The notes under the pieces are model-generated. The model saw only the letters and a list, made by a program, of their open reading frames with translations, made no database searches and was not told the origin of the DNA. This document shows, piece after piece, positions 1 through 9,678 of a stretch of DNA of 64,000 nt (the first letter of the stretch is position 1; each line of letters begins with the position of its first letter). A program made the position numbers and the translations under genes. The stretch spans positions 1-64,000 of IMG/VR virus record IMGVR_UViG_3300025890_003315. One strand, given 5' to 3'. Origin of the DNA: a virus (Duplodnaviria; Caudoviricetes).

Positions 1-1
1 T

Positions 2-385
2 AATGGTCTTTATGTTAACGGATATATCACTGGACAAGCGATAAGCGGAGCATCTTTTCACGGACCTCATTTCGTTTCCGCTCCATACAGTATAGGAAAT
101 ACAAGTGGAGCAGTAACAATTGACTTCAACAACGGTTCCGCTCAGTATGCAACACTAAACGGAAACGTCACAAGCTTCGCTGCCTCAAATGTTGCAGCAG
201 GAGAAAGTGCCGCAGTTCAATTTACAACAACTTCTGCAAGAACAATCGCGGGTGGAAGCACTCTAGCTTTTATAGGAGAACATCCGACTGGTTTAAGCGC
301 AAATATGACTGGAATTTTATCTTTAATGAGTTTTGATGGATCAACTGTTGTTGCTGGTTTCGTAGTCCAAACTGGAGTAGCATAA
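2..385 (+). CDS. Partial (5'-truncated) tail fibre/virion structural protein C-terminus
   Basis: Open frame from base 2 (NGLYVNGYITGQ...TIDFNNGSAQYATLNGNVT...VQTGVA*) ends in a TAA that overlaps the next ATG (TAATG). G/T/S/A-rich beta-type sequence typical of phage fibre C-termini. Not in the ORF track. Confidence 0.6.
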   Translation, partial: NGLYVNGYITGQAISGASFHGPHFVSAPYSIGNTSGAVTIDFNNGSAQYATLNGNVTSFAASNVAAGESAAVQFTTTSARTIAGGSTLAFIGEHPTGLSANMTGILSLMSFDGSTVVAGFVVQTGVA

Positions 386-1299
386 TGAGAGCTTTTGATT
401 TTAGAAATCCGATGTTTGTGGCCAGTTTGCAACCTAGAATTGTCACTGCTAGAACTTTGCAGGACGTTGCTGCTGATGCTTCTGTTGTTTTAAGTTTGTA
501 CAAAATGGTTTCTGCTTACGCAGGTAGCGCAATCAGGGTCAGAAGAGATTCAGATAATACGGAGCAAGATATTGGCTTTAGTGGAAATGGTCTTGACATT
601 TCAGCAATAACAACTTTTGGTGGTGGCGCAAATGTCTTTATCAAGACTTGGTATGATCAGAGTGGTAACGGGTACTCGTATACACAGTCTTCTGCGTCAG
701 CGCAAGCTCAAATAGCTACTGGCAACGGATATACTACAACTGTTATCACAGGTTCAGATTCCAATCCGGTAGCAAGCTTTGATGGTGGCGATTATTATGA
801 TCCAACTTCAAGCACTTCCTATGTCGCAAAAAATGGCTCGTTGGTTGTTCATTGCGAAATAGATAACGATACTAAAAGCTCTTTTCCGTACTCAGAAAGA
901 ATTCCATCAGGATCAATTTTTGGATTTGCTTTCAACAATCCAAGTTCATCTGTTTATTCTATTCAACATTGGAATGGTGGGACATGGATATATCCATATG
1001 CTACTAGGGCAGTTTCAAACGGAACAATGGCGTCTTATATTGGCGTAGTTGATAGTGGTGGTAACTCTAGCGGCGCTGCTGGAAGTTCAATTTACGGATA
1101 CGAAAATAACAGTAATACAATTTCTTCAGTAGGAAATGTAGATACGACTTTAGCTGGCAACAGCCAAGTCGCAGCAAGGTTCGGCGGATTAACAAATTCT
1201 ACTGCAAGCAGTATTCAAGCAAATGTTAGAACTTTTATGAGCTTTACTTCTGTAATTAGTGCCGCTGATAGAGTTTTACTAAACACTCTAACCGTATGA
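385..1299 (+). CDS. Virion-associated ConA/LamG-like (arabinofuranosidase-B-like) beta-sandwich protein
   Basis: Motifs SAYAGSAIRVRRDSDNTEQDIGF and WYDQSGNG are characteristic of AbfB-catalytic-like/ConA domains common in phage tail regions. Confidence 0.6.
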   Translation: MRAFDFRNPMFVASLQPRIVTARTLQDVAADASVVLSLYKMVSAYAGSAIRVRRDSDNTEQDIGFSGNGLDISAITTFGGGANVFIKTWYDQSGNGYSYTQSSASAQAQIATGNGYTTTVITGSDSNPVASFDGGDYYDPTSSTSYVAKNGSLVVHCEIDNDTKSSFPYSERIPSGSIFGFAFNNPSSSVYSIQHWNGGTWIYPYATRAVSNGTMASYIGVVDSGGNSSGAAGSSIYGYENNSNTISSVGNVDTTLAGNSQVAARFGGLTNSTASSIQANVRTFMSFTSVISAADRVLLNTLTV

Positions 1300-1778
1300 T
1301 AAGAGGATATTTGGCATATTTAACTGGCTTTGATTCTCAGCAGCAAGCTGAAGACCGTAGTCATGAAATGGGGATCGCCTTTGGATTACCTTGCTCTGGA
1401 GAGCGTGACACGCACATGCTGTTTCCAGTAAGCGAATGTCCTTGGCATAACACTTGGATGCTAACAGTTAAAAAAGGGTATACTCAATATCTCAACGATT
1501 CTGAAAAACAAATTCTTTTGGCATACGAACCTCCTCACGACAATGGAATGCACTTTGAAGTAGAAACTCCTACCTTTTGTAAAATTCCAGCAGCCAATTC
1601 TGGGGGCATAAACTTTGATGAAGTATTAGAAATAAATGAGAATTTGAAGTACATTACAAATGATACGGAGATACTTGTTTCGTATTTTGGTGAACAGCCT
1701 CCTTTTGTTTTTGATATAACACAAGATGCGGTTGGGTTGCCTGAATATTCTTATGAAGAAATTTCTGGATTGATTTAA
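1296..1778 (+). CDS. Hypothetical protein
   Basis: 160-aa ORF coupled to the upstream gene by an ATGA overlap. Confidence 0.6.
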   Translation: MIRGYLAYLTGFDSQQQAEDRSHEMGIAFGLPCSGERDTHMLFPVSECPWHNTWMLTVKKGYTQYLNDSEKQILLAYEPPHDNGMHFEVETPTFCKIPAANSGGINFDEVLEINENLKYITNDTEILVSYFGEQPPFVFDITQDAVGLPEYSYEEISGLI

Positions 1779-1819
1779 AATTAAATATTAATATTTTAAG
1801 TTTTTTTATATAATCCTGT

Positions 1820-3520
1820 ATGCCGACAGATCCGAGTTCTACCTTGTTATTCTACGAGGGTTCCTATATGTCTTTGAAGCCATTGAAGCAAACAGAAACA
1901 TCTAAAATTTTTAGGTTTTCAAATTCAAAAGTTTGTGAAAAAATAATTCGTGGGGAAAAAATACTCCCACCAAAGAAAGAACCTTTAATTTTTAACCTCA
2001 CTCGTTCAGAACAAAAAATAAAAAGTTTCTGCTATACTTGCACTCATGAACTAAAAACAGAACTTGCGGCATCAATTTACAGTCTCAGGCAATTTCACAA
2101 AGAGCCGATTTTTGTTTTAGTGGATCAAGAAACAAAAGATTATTTAAAAAAATACGACTTCTCAAAGTTGAAGATTAAGGTCGGGGCAAATAAGGAGCAT
2201 TTACAAGAAGAATTAGACATTCTCGGGGATACTTATGATGACTTGAACACATTCCATCGAAAAGACTGTATCGCTAAAAAGATGGATGTTATGGATTGGG
2301 CTTTAGAAAGTAATGATAACACTTTTTTCTTAGACTCTGATATAATAGTTTTAAGCAATTTGCAAGAAAATTTTACTTCAGATATTTGCTTGAGTCCGCA
2401 TTTTCATTCTGATGACGATCAAGGAAGAAACCTTAATGAAAGGGTTGGGATATACAACGCAGGGTATATTTTTTGCTCAAACAAAGATTTTCCGAAGTGG
2501 TGGAAAACTAACTTTTATAATTATTCCCGCTTCTATGAGCAAGAATGCATGAACCGTATTCCTGATCATTTTTTTACTCAATGTTTTCCGCAAGAGCATA
2601 ATTTGGGATTTTGGAGAAAAGGGTTTGGTTATATAAATGACGATTTGATGATAAATTTCAAAGTCAAGTCTTTTCACTTACATTTAACAACTATCTTTGA
2701 TGAAAAACAACATGGCTCTCTAAAAGAAAAAACTCTCAACTTGAGAATATTTTTTGAAAAATATCTAAGAAAAAATGGGATGGTTGATTTTTACAATGAA
2801 CTTATGTCCATATCTAAAGATAGTCCATTAGAATTAGTAAAAACAAAGGGGGCGAAAAAGAAACTCGCATTCATTCATTATGGCAAAGCTGGAGGAGTTT
2901 ATTGCGTTCATTATCTGAATCATTTTTTGATGAAAGGCGCGAATAGAATTGATTCTTGGCCGAAAAATGGCGCAAATTTAAAAAGAGACTGGACAAGAGA
3001 GGAGCTTCTGGATTTTTGCGAAAAAGATTACAATAGTGATGTTTGGGTTCACAATCACCACATCAATTGGTACAAGGATGTGATTCAAAAATATCGTGAA
3101 AATGAATGGTTTACTTTTTCATTTATTAGAAAACCAGAAGAAATTTTATGCTCGCTGTGGAACTACCTAAGAGATAAAAAGGGATTAAATTTGTTTGGAG
3201 AACTGGAACAAGAAGTAAAAAAACCTTTAGATCAATTTATAGCTTACATGCTTTCAACAGAAAAGCTTCATAGAAATCTATGGATTTTGCCAGACTATAT
3301 TGATGATTTAGATTATGTCGCAGAAATGAATGATAAAAATTTTGGAGATTTTTGTCAGAAATACTTTGCTCACGAACACATACCTCAGACTAGGAAAAAC
3401 ACTAGCAGCAACAAAGGTTATAAATTTTATAGAGAAAATGGAGATATTTCAGACGCGACTCACGAAAAACTGATAAATCATCCAGAGTATCTTCGTTATC
3501 AGAAATATTTAGATGAATAA
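1820..3520 (+). CDS. Fusion of a GT-A nucleotide-diphospho-sugar transferase and a sulfotransferase-like domain
   Basis: N-half has FFLDSDIIVL (DxD) and YNAGYIF/FYEQECM. C-half has FIHYGKAGG (5'-PSB-like) and FSFIRKPEEILCSLWNY (3'-PB-like). Confidence 0.7.
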   Translation: MPTDPSSTLLFYEGSYMSLKPLKQTETSKIFRFSNSKVCEKIIRGEKILPPKKEPLIFNLTRSEQKIKSFCYTCTHELKTELAASIYSLRQFHKEPIFVLVDQETKDYLKKYDFSKLKIKVGANKEHLQEELDILGDTYDDLNTFHRKDCIAKKMDVMDWALESNDNTFFLDSDIIVLSNLQENFTSDICLSPHFHSDDDQGRNLNERVGIYNAGYIFCSNKDFPKWWKTNFYNYSRFYEQECMNRIPDHFFTQCFPQEHNLGFWRKGFGYINDDLMINFKVKSFHLHLTTIFDEKQHGSLKEKTLNLRIFFEKYLRKNGMVDFYNELMSISKDSPLELVKTKGAKKKLAFIHYGKAGGVYCVHYLNHFLMKGANRIDSWPKNGANLKRDWTREELLDFCEKDYNSDVWVHNHHINWYKDVIQKYRENEWFTFSFIRKPEEILCSLWNYLRDKKGLNLFGELEQEVKKPLDQFIAYMLSTEKLHRNLWILPDYIDDLDYVAEMNDKNFGDFCQKYFAHEHIPQTRKNTSSNKGYKFYRENGDISDATHEKLINHPEYLRYQKYLDE

Positions 3521-4211
3521 AGTAAAAGAAATATTAGATAAAAACAGCCATCTGCATTATTTTAAAACAGGATATGGTCGTATTTTAGCTTCAGCTATTG
3601 AATTTGATAAAATTTCTAAAATTGAAGACAAAGTTTTAGATATAGGTGGGACTTATGAAAAACATAACAAGCAACAATCATTTGAGTTAATTTTTAAAGC
3701 TGTAAAAGATATAGACTATCATTGCGTAAATCGCGGCATGTTAGATATGCGAAAAGATATGTTGAATTATGAAGATGAGACTTTTGATATTGTTATGTCT
3801 CATGAGTCGATTGAACATTTTTGGTTAACGAAAGAGGCTGGAATGGTGGATTGGTCAGGAATGATAAATTTTTGGAAAGAATCTTTTAGAGTTTTGAAAA
3901 AAAATGGTACGTTTTTAGTTTCTACTAGAAACAGAATGTGTCCGGTTGCAATAGAAAAACTACGCAAAGGGAAGCCTTTAATGTGTAGTCACTTGAAAGT
4001 CAATCAATCTTCTCACATCCAAGAAATGGGACCGATAGATTTTATAGAGTTAGTGGACGCAACTAACCTTTTTACAAATTACGATATGTATTCTATTAAA
4101 TCAATAGATAACGACTTTCATCATAGAATCCCGCAAATAGAAGCTTTTATAGGAAGAAAGCTTTTGCAAGAAGAATTGTATGACACAATTTACTTCAAGA
4201 GTAAAAAGTAA
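3513..4211 (+). CDS. Class I SAM-dependent methyltransferase
   Basis: KVLDIGG motif I; YEDETFDIVMSHESIEH; RVLKKNGTFLVST. Confidence 0.85.
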   Translation: MNKVKEILDKNSHLHYFKTGYGRILASAIEFDKISKIEDKVLDIGGTYEKHNKQQSFELIFKAVKDIDYHCVNRGMLDMRKDMLNYEDETFDIVMSHESIEHFWLTKEAGMVDWSGMINFWKESFRVLKKNGTFLVSTRNRMCPVAIEKLRKGKPLMCSHLKVNQSSHIQEMGPIDFIELVDATNLFTNYDMYSIKSIDNDFHHRIPQIEAFIGRKLLQEELYDTIYFKSKK

Positions 4212-4559
4212 TTAATAAGTGACTTCTGGACTTATAGAAACAATGCCCTGCTGAACTCTAACAACGTAATCGCCGCTATATACTTCTACGTCATAAACTT
4301 GATCAGATACAACTAAACCAGAGGTTTGAGTTGATGTAAGAGACAAATCAACCAAACCGCTAACAAAACCCGCTCCAGCCACACCAGAATTTATAGTAGC
4401 TGTAAAGTCGGTGGCTTGTCCAGTGCTATAAGCATATCTCATTTTTGCTCTAGCATTGTATCCAGTTAAATTTATGGTGTTACCAGCAGCGTCCTTGGCA
4501 GTTAAACTAGCAGAAAAATCGGACCCCTGATCGATACTTAAATTTACTTTTGTCGCCAT
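4212..4559 (-). CDS. Small phage structural beta-sandwich protein
   Basis: NLSIDQGSDF...INLTGYNARAKMR...YDVEV pattern common in phage virion modules; GTGTAA element upstream. Confidence 0.6.
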   Translation of the reverse strand: MATKVNLSIDQGSDFSASLTAKDAAGNTINLTGYNARAKMRYAYSTGQATDFTATINSGVAGAGFVSGLVDLSLTSTQTSGLVVSDQVYDVEVYSGDYVVRVQQGIVSISPEVTY

Positions 4560-4607
4560 TTTAATTAAATTACACTTTTAATTCATGGTTAGTGTAAATA
4601 TTGTAAG

Positions 4608-5147
4608 ATGAGTATCCAAGTTATAAAAGTAGTTGACATAGCTGATCAAATTCACAGGGAATTGGGGTCTCCAACCGATTTGGGGATTTCCGCGATAGCT
4701 TTTTGGGTTAGAACGAGCGTCGGCGCACTTAATAACATGATCAATCAGAGCTTTAGAATCAATGATTCTTATGAAGTAGATAGGGTTGATCCAGATAATA
4801 CAGATTTAACTATAGATATAGATATAAATGCTATAGCTGTGTACAAAAAAATGTACATGGTACATTATTATGATAATAAAATACGGTCAACTCTTGCAGC
4901 AGCCTCCACTGATTCTGTCGTTGAGCTTTCAAGTGATGGCTCTAGCATTAGAAAGATTAATAAGAATGAGCAAGGTAAGACCTACGCTTCATTGAAAAAA
5001 ACGGAATATGAGGAATTGAATTACTTGGCAAATGCTTACAAAGCTGGGCAAGCCGTACCTCTCCAAGTTGCTGGAGATGATACAATTGAAGGCGACTATA
5101 ATCCATATAGAGGATTCAATAGAATAAACAAAGTTTATAATACATAA
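4608..5147 (+). CDS. Putative head-tail adaptor/neck protein
   Basis: First gene of a coupled run leading to the tail tube gene. Function from synteny only. Confidence 0.4.
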   Translation: MSIQVIKVVDIADQIHRELGSPTDLGISAIAFWVRTSVGALNNMINQSFRINDSYEVDRVDPDNTDLTIDIDINAIAVYKKMYMVHYYDNKIRSTLAAASTDSVVELSSDGSSIRKINKNEQGKTYASLKKTEYEELNYLANAYKAGQAVPLQVAGDDTIEGDYNPYRGFNRINKVYNT

Positions 5148-5602
5148 TGGCTAGTTTAGTAACTCAAAACGAAATTGATATTTTTACTGGCGATTTTGAA
5201 AATCTTTTTGATACTTTCAAAAGGCCAATAACTGTATTTAAAAAGCCAAAAAAGGTTGTTTCAGCATCTAACGTCAACGATCAAAATATTTACTTTGGTT
5301 ACGATTCTCAAAATGTAGCTCAAGATGTAGTTGAAAGCTACGAGTCTGTTTCTGGTGTTTTTGAAGTAATGATTCGATACAAAGACAATCAGCAATCTGA
5401 TCCTTTAGAAGAGTTAAATACAAATAGTTTTGAGGGAGATGTTAGAATAAAAGTTCAAGAAGATTGCAGGAATTACATAAAAAATGGAAAAACTGAAAAT
5501 ATTCAGTTTGACAATAAAACTTTTAATGTTGTTGGGGATGATGCTGTAAAATACTTTTTTGGTTATAAACTTTACGTTTTCCATTTAAAGGCTACAAAAT
5601 GA
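5147..5602 (+). CDS. Putative head-closure protein
   Basis: Size (151 aa), beta-rich C-terminus and position in the neck gene order. Confidence 0.4.
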   Translation: MASLVTQNEIDIFTGDFENLFDTFKRPITVFKKPKKVVSASNVNDQNIYFGYDSQNVAQDVVESYESVSGVFEVMIRYKDNQQSDPLEELNTNSFEGDVRIKVQEDCRNYIKNGKTENIQFDNKTFNVVGDDAVKYFFGYKLYVFHLKATK

Positions 5603-6195
5603 ATTTTGAAGTAAAAATGGATACAAAAGCTTTTCGCCAAGAGCTTGAAAAAAATGTGGAACCGGAAATAGAAAAGCTTGCTTATCAAGAAGCTGAAAAA
5701 ATTGTTGAAGAGAACAAGCGGGTTATGCTAGCAGAATTTGATGCTCATCCAGTAACAAAAGAAATAAAAACTGGTCCTGATGCTCAAAATTCATCCAAGA
5801 CTCTTGGTGGGTATGGTAATTTATTTTCTTTTATAGGTTTTAATAAAGGGGATGATCCAATCAGTGTTTTGAGAGAGATTCTTAATTTTCCTGTTAAAAT
5901 ATTTAGGAAACCAACATCTAAAACAAGAGGAAGATATTCGTTTAAAGTAGATGTGCCAAATTTAAGAGAAATTGAAGCTGAAACGCCATTACCATATGAA
6001 CCTAGTAGAAGCTGGGTTAGAGGTATAGAAAGAGGCATCTCTGGAATAGGATATTACATATATAGAAAAATATATGGCTCAAGATCTGGATCTGGAGCGC
6101 AATCTAAAAAACAATTGCGTGGAGGAAGATTTGGTAATACGGGTTATTTATCTAAAATATTAAATAAATTTTACAAAAATACTGGAATTAAATAA
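5599..6195 (+). CDS. Putative tail completion/neck protein (HK97 gp10-like position)
   Basis: Basic G/R-rich C-terminus (WVRGIERGISG...YLSKILNKF) and synteny. Confidence 0.4.
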   Translation: MNFEVKMDTKAFRQELEKNVEPEIEKLAYQEAEKIVEENKRVMLAEFDAHPVTKEIKTGPDAQNSSKTLGGYGNLFSFIGFNKGDDPISVLREILNFPVKIFRKPTSKTRGRYSFKVDVPNLREIEAETPLPYEPSRSWVRGIERGISGIGYYIYRKIYGSRSGSGAQSKKQLRGGRFGNTGYLSKILNKFYKNTGIK

Positions 6196-7091
6196 TGAAG
6201 CCGCAGTATGACAATCAAGTAATGAGCAGCTTTTTTCTGTGGTTTGACAACAAACTATTAACAAAAGGAGAGGGCTTTACAAATTACTCAGGTCAGTTTT
6301 ATGATATGACTGACAAATGGAATTTTGGAGAAGGATATAATGTTTACAACGCCCCATTCAAGCAGTTTGTTTATGACACATCTATAACTGGAGCCACAGT
6401 AATAACTGGAGTTACTGTTACGGATTCGGTAGATGGTGCAGTTACTTATAACTTAGATTCGCCAGAAGTATTTGCGATAAATCCGACAGAAGGTCAAGTC
6501 ATTTTAAAAACTGATGAATTTGCTGGAGATATTACTTCTGTAAGTGGTACTTATGCTATAAAAGAAATTTCTGTTAAATTAACAAGTGAACCAGAAGAAA
6601 AGTTGCTTTTTGAAACAAATTTCAAATTAAAACCAAAAACCACCCAAAGTATTACAACTGGGCTTTTCGAAGATCAACAGTCTTATCCTGTGATTTTCTT
6701 GAAACACAATGGATCAGTGAATAATCCGGGTGCATTTGGTGGACAAGACTTTACTTCAATAGATATTAGAGCAATTGTTTTAACAAACAGTCAATTTACT
6801 TTGGACGCAATTTGTTCTATTTTTAGAGATACAGATGATGATAGTTTTTATTTGTATGACGCAGATGAATTTCCATTTAACTATGTAGGTTCTTACAATG
6901 ATGACGTAGTTTTTAATTACGTGAATAGTTTTTCAGGTGTAAACTTGGGTGGAGCGAAGGGCGCATATATTAAAAATGCGGTAGTAGCCAAATATGGAGC
7001 GGGATCTTTGAATGATTATCGTTCTATAAACGCAAATATTTATGCCGCAATAATTGATTTTGAAGTAGAAAATCTCAGATTACCAACTTAA
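6195..7091 (+). CDS. Putative tail terminator protein
   Basis: Lies directly before the tube gene; C-terminal YPVIFLK...IRAIVL...AIIDFEV pattern fits the terminator fold. Confidence 0.45.
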   Translation: MKPQYDNQVMSSFFLWFDNKLLTKGEGFTNYSGQFYDMTDKWNFGEGYNVYNAPFKQFVYDTSITGATVITGVTVTDSVDGAVTYNLDSPEVFAINPTEGQVILKTDEFAGDITSVSGTYAIKEISVKLTSEPEEKLLFETNFKLKPKTTQSITTGLFEDQQSYPVIFLKHNGSVNNPGAFGGQDFTSIDIRAIVLTNSQFTLDAICSIFRDTDDDSFYLYDADEFPFNYVGSYNDDVVFNYVNSFSGVNLGGAKGAYIKNAVVAKYGAGSLNDYRSINANIYAAIIDFEVENLRLPT

Positions 7092-7145
7092 AAAAATAAT
7101 ATAAAAAAATAAAAAATTGTGTAATATAAACAAGAAGGATCAACA

Positions 7146-8378
7146 ATGTCAACACGAAATAGAGTAATTTATCAATCAGAGGCGCTTTATGCTGGCCCAT
7201 CTCCCGCGACTGGATTTCAGTTTATTGATGGAGATAGTGCTAAAATTGAAAACGTCACAGGAACCACTGCTGTAAACCAACTTGAAAGAATTCAAAACAT
7301 TAATTACAGCTTCAACATCAATCGTCAAGATATCAACCAATTTGGTGAGCTTGCTGCAATCGATAGAGTTATTCTCGATTCGCCAACAGTTTCTCTTGAT
7401 TTTAGTTATCTTTTGGCCAATTTTGGCAATGAAAAAGTTCTTGGATTTACCCCTCTTGATGCAAGCAAGTCTTGTTTGAGCGGCCTTTTGACAAAGGTTA
7501 GTGATTCAAGAAGTTATTACGTTAAAACAGTTAGCGAAGGTAAAGACGCCATTGGTGAAGCAAGGAACGCTTCTGATGAAGTCATTGCAATCGGCAACGG
7601 TTATTTGACATCTTATTCTACTGAAGCAAGTGTTGGTGGTCTTCCTAGTGTCAGCGTCAATGTTGAAGCTCTCAATATGGCTTTTGACAGTGGAACTGGT
7701 ACTGATGGCGGATTTGATACTCCTGCTGTTGATCCTGAGAATGGTACTCGTTTGACAAGTAAGTATCGTCTACCTCAAGCTGTTAGCGATTTTGGAACTG
7801 GAGATCTCAATATTAGCACTCTTCGTCCCGGCGACATTACCTTTACTATCAAACAGAGAACAGCAGAAAACGAAGGCAGTGAGACAGATGCTACCGGAAC
7901 TTACGATACAATCGGTGCGCAAATTGGTGTTACAGACGCAAAAATTCAAAGCTATAGCTTCAACTTTGACTTGAGCCGCGAACCAATTCAAAAGCTTGGA
8001 AGTAGATACGCATTCTCAAGAGAAATCAGCTTCCCGGTTACTGTTAGCTGCTCGGTTGATGCTATTGTAAACGATCTCACAACTGGCTCACTTGACGATA
8101 TTATCAACAGCGATGACGCTTATGATATTACCGTTACAATGACTGCTCCTAATGACACAGACGGCGTTTGTTTGTATACATTAAAGAATGCCAAGCTTGA
8201 TACTCAGTCTTATACTTCTTCAATCGGAGACAACAAGAGTGTCACACTTGACTTCTCAAGTCAGATTGGTGGTCCAAACCAAACAACTCTTGGGTTCTTT
8301 ATGAGTGGATCGCAGGGGGCTGGTGGATTGGGTCAAATCACTACTTATGATACCAATGACGGCGGTACTGCTGATTAA
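7146..8378 (+). CDS. Major tail tube protein
   Basis: S/T/G/D-rich 410 aa with two tube-like beta repeats (RIQNINYSFNINRQDINQFG; KIQSYSFNFDLSREPIQKLG). SD present, strong terminator after it, canonical position before chaperones and tape measure. Confidence 0.75.
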   Translation: MSTRNRVIYQSEALYAGPSPATGFQFIDGDSAKIENVTGTTAVNQLERIQNINYSFNINRQDINQFGELAAIDRVILDSPTVSLDFSYLLANFGNEKVLGFTPLDASKSCLSGLLTKVSDSRSYYVKTVSEGKDAIGEARNASDEVIAIGNGYLTSYSTEASVGGLPSVSVNVEALNMAFDSGTGTDGGFDTPAVDPENGTRLTSKYRLPQAVSDFGTGDLNISTLRPGDITFTIKQRTAENEGSETDATGTYDTIGAQIGVTDAKIQSYSFNFDLSREPIQKLGSRYAFSREISFPVTVSCSVDAIVNDLTTGSLDDIINSDDAYDITVTMTAPNDTDGVCLYTLKNAKLDTQSYTSSIGDNKSVTLDFSSQIGGPNQTTLGFFMSGSQGAGGLGQITTYDTNDGGTAD

Positions 8379-8408
8379 AAATTAATCATACATAAAATAA
8401 TCATAACG

Positions 8409-8442
8409 GAGGGCTTCCAATCGGAAGCCCTCTATTTTTTTT
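8409..8442 (+). terminator. Rho-independent terminator
   Basis: GAGGGCTTCC-AATC-GGAAGCCCTC perfect 10-bp stem followed by a T tract. Confidence 0.9.
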
Positions 8443-8494
8443 ATTTTTACTTTTATCGTTTTTTAGGGTAATATATAGTAGGTAAAAGGTTTTT

Positions 8495-8719
8495 ATGGAT
8501 GGCGGGAAAGCCAAAGATTTCTTGAATTTTCAAGTAAACAGAAAAGTAACTTCTTTGTATAAATCTTTCTTATTTATACTAGAAGATTTACAGGATTCTG
8601 GTTATAATATTTCTGATTCAGTATTTCAAAGATACAGAAAAAGAGTGTTGGATCATGGCAACGACACTGTCCGCGAAATAAATGAAATCATAGAAAAATT
8701 AAAAGTTGAATTAGAATGA
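8495..8719 (+). CDS. Hypothetical protein
   Basis: 74-aa ORF with SD-like AGGTAAAAGGT; ATGA-coupled to the next gene. Confidence 0.65.
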   Translation: MDGGKAKDFLNFQVNRKVTSLYKSFLFILEDLQDSGYNISDSVFQRYRKRVLDHGNDTVREINEIIEKLKVELE

Positions 8720-9633
8720 AAACGTTATACGAATTTGTATCCACAAGGAAAGAAAAGGTAAAAGAAGATATTGTCGGAAAAGACGCCGAAGGAAATGAAA
8801 CAAAAACTACCAAAGAGGTAGAAAAGAACGTTCCTTATACATTTGCCATCAAAAAGCCAACTCGCTCATTGTATGACGAAGGAGAGCTTTTTTACGGCAT
8901 CAAGCTTGCTGAAGGAGTCAAGGCAGGAATGCTTACTCGTCAGATGTTGAATAAAAGATATCTTAACGATGGCGGCTCAAAAAGTGAAGTTGAAGAAGAT
9001 TATGAAAATTTGCTTTATAAACTGATCTTGGACAACCAATTGAAATTTCAAGAATTAACAAGCAAAAAAGACAAAACAGACGAAGAAAAACAAGAGCTTG
9101 ATCAACTAAAGTCTAACATTGCTTATGCGCAAAGACAAGCTCAAAAATATGAAGCTGGACAAAGCACTTTGTATGATCAAACAGCCGAAAATCGCGCTAG
9201 AAATAAAACTATCACTTGGTGGGCTTTGAGTCTTTGTTACAGAAAGCTGGAAAAACAAGAAAAAGAAGGCGAGGAGACAAAAACTGAATATGTGCCATTT
9301 TTTGGAGAAGGCTCTTATGATGATAAACTTGAGTATTATGACTCTTTAGAAGAAAAAGATGACGAAGAGTTTGATGTGAAAGTATTAAAGCGTTTTTTGT
9401 ATCTTATTAGTTTTTGGTACGTTGGTAGAGCAACCAAGTTTGAGGACTTCCAGAAGCTTGAAGACTCCTTGAAAGAAGAAGCGAAAAATGATGATGAAAT
9501 GAAGGATTTTATCACGAACGAGCTTCATTTGGCTGAACCTGAACCCAAGAAAGAAGACGCTCCTCCACAGGAAGAGCCTCCACAGGAAGAGCCTCCACAG
9601 GAAGAGCCTCCAAGCAAGGAGGCTGAAGAGTAA
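8716..9633 (+). CDS. Putative tail assembly chaperone (gpG-like)
   Basis: Charged helical protein between the tube and tape measure genes. Function from synteny. Confidence 0.5.
   Translation: MKTLYEFVSTRKEKVKEDIVGKDAEGNETKTTKEVEKNVPYTFAIKKPTRSLYDEGELFYGIKLAEGVKAGMLTRQMLNKRYLNDGGSKSEVEEDYENLLYKLILDNQLKFQELTSKKDKTDEEKQELDQLKSNIAYAQRQAQKYEAGQSTLYDQTAENRARNKTITWWALSLCYRKLEKQEKEGEETKTEYVPFFGEGSYDDKLEYYDSLEEKDDEEFDVKVLKRFLYLISFWYVGRATKFEDFQKLEDSLKEEAKNDDEMKDFITNELHLAEPEPKKEDAPPQEEPPQEEPPQEEPPSKEAEE
9562..9612 (+). repeat. 15-bp coding tandem repeat (PPQEE x3)
   Basis: CCTCCACAGGAAGAG x3 plus a partial CCTCCA. Confidence 0.95.
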
Positions 9634-9653
9634 TTTGGCTACCGATCCTTCAT

Positions 9654-9676
9654 GCCCCCGAAAGGGGGCTTTTTTT
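9654..9676 (+). terminator. Rho-independent terminator between the two chaperone-like ORFs
   Basis: GCCCCC-GAAA-GGGGGC followed by T7. Confidence 0.85.
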
Positions 9677-9678
9677 GT

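Noticed and set aside
9562-9612. Functional DNA repeat or mini-array
   Set aside because: It is an in-frame PPQEE low-complexity protein tail, consistent with slippage.
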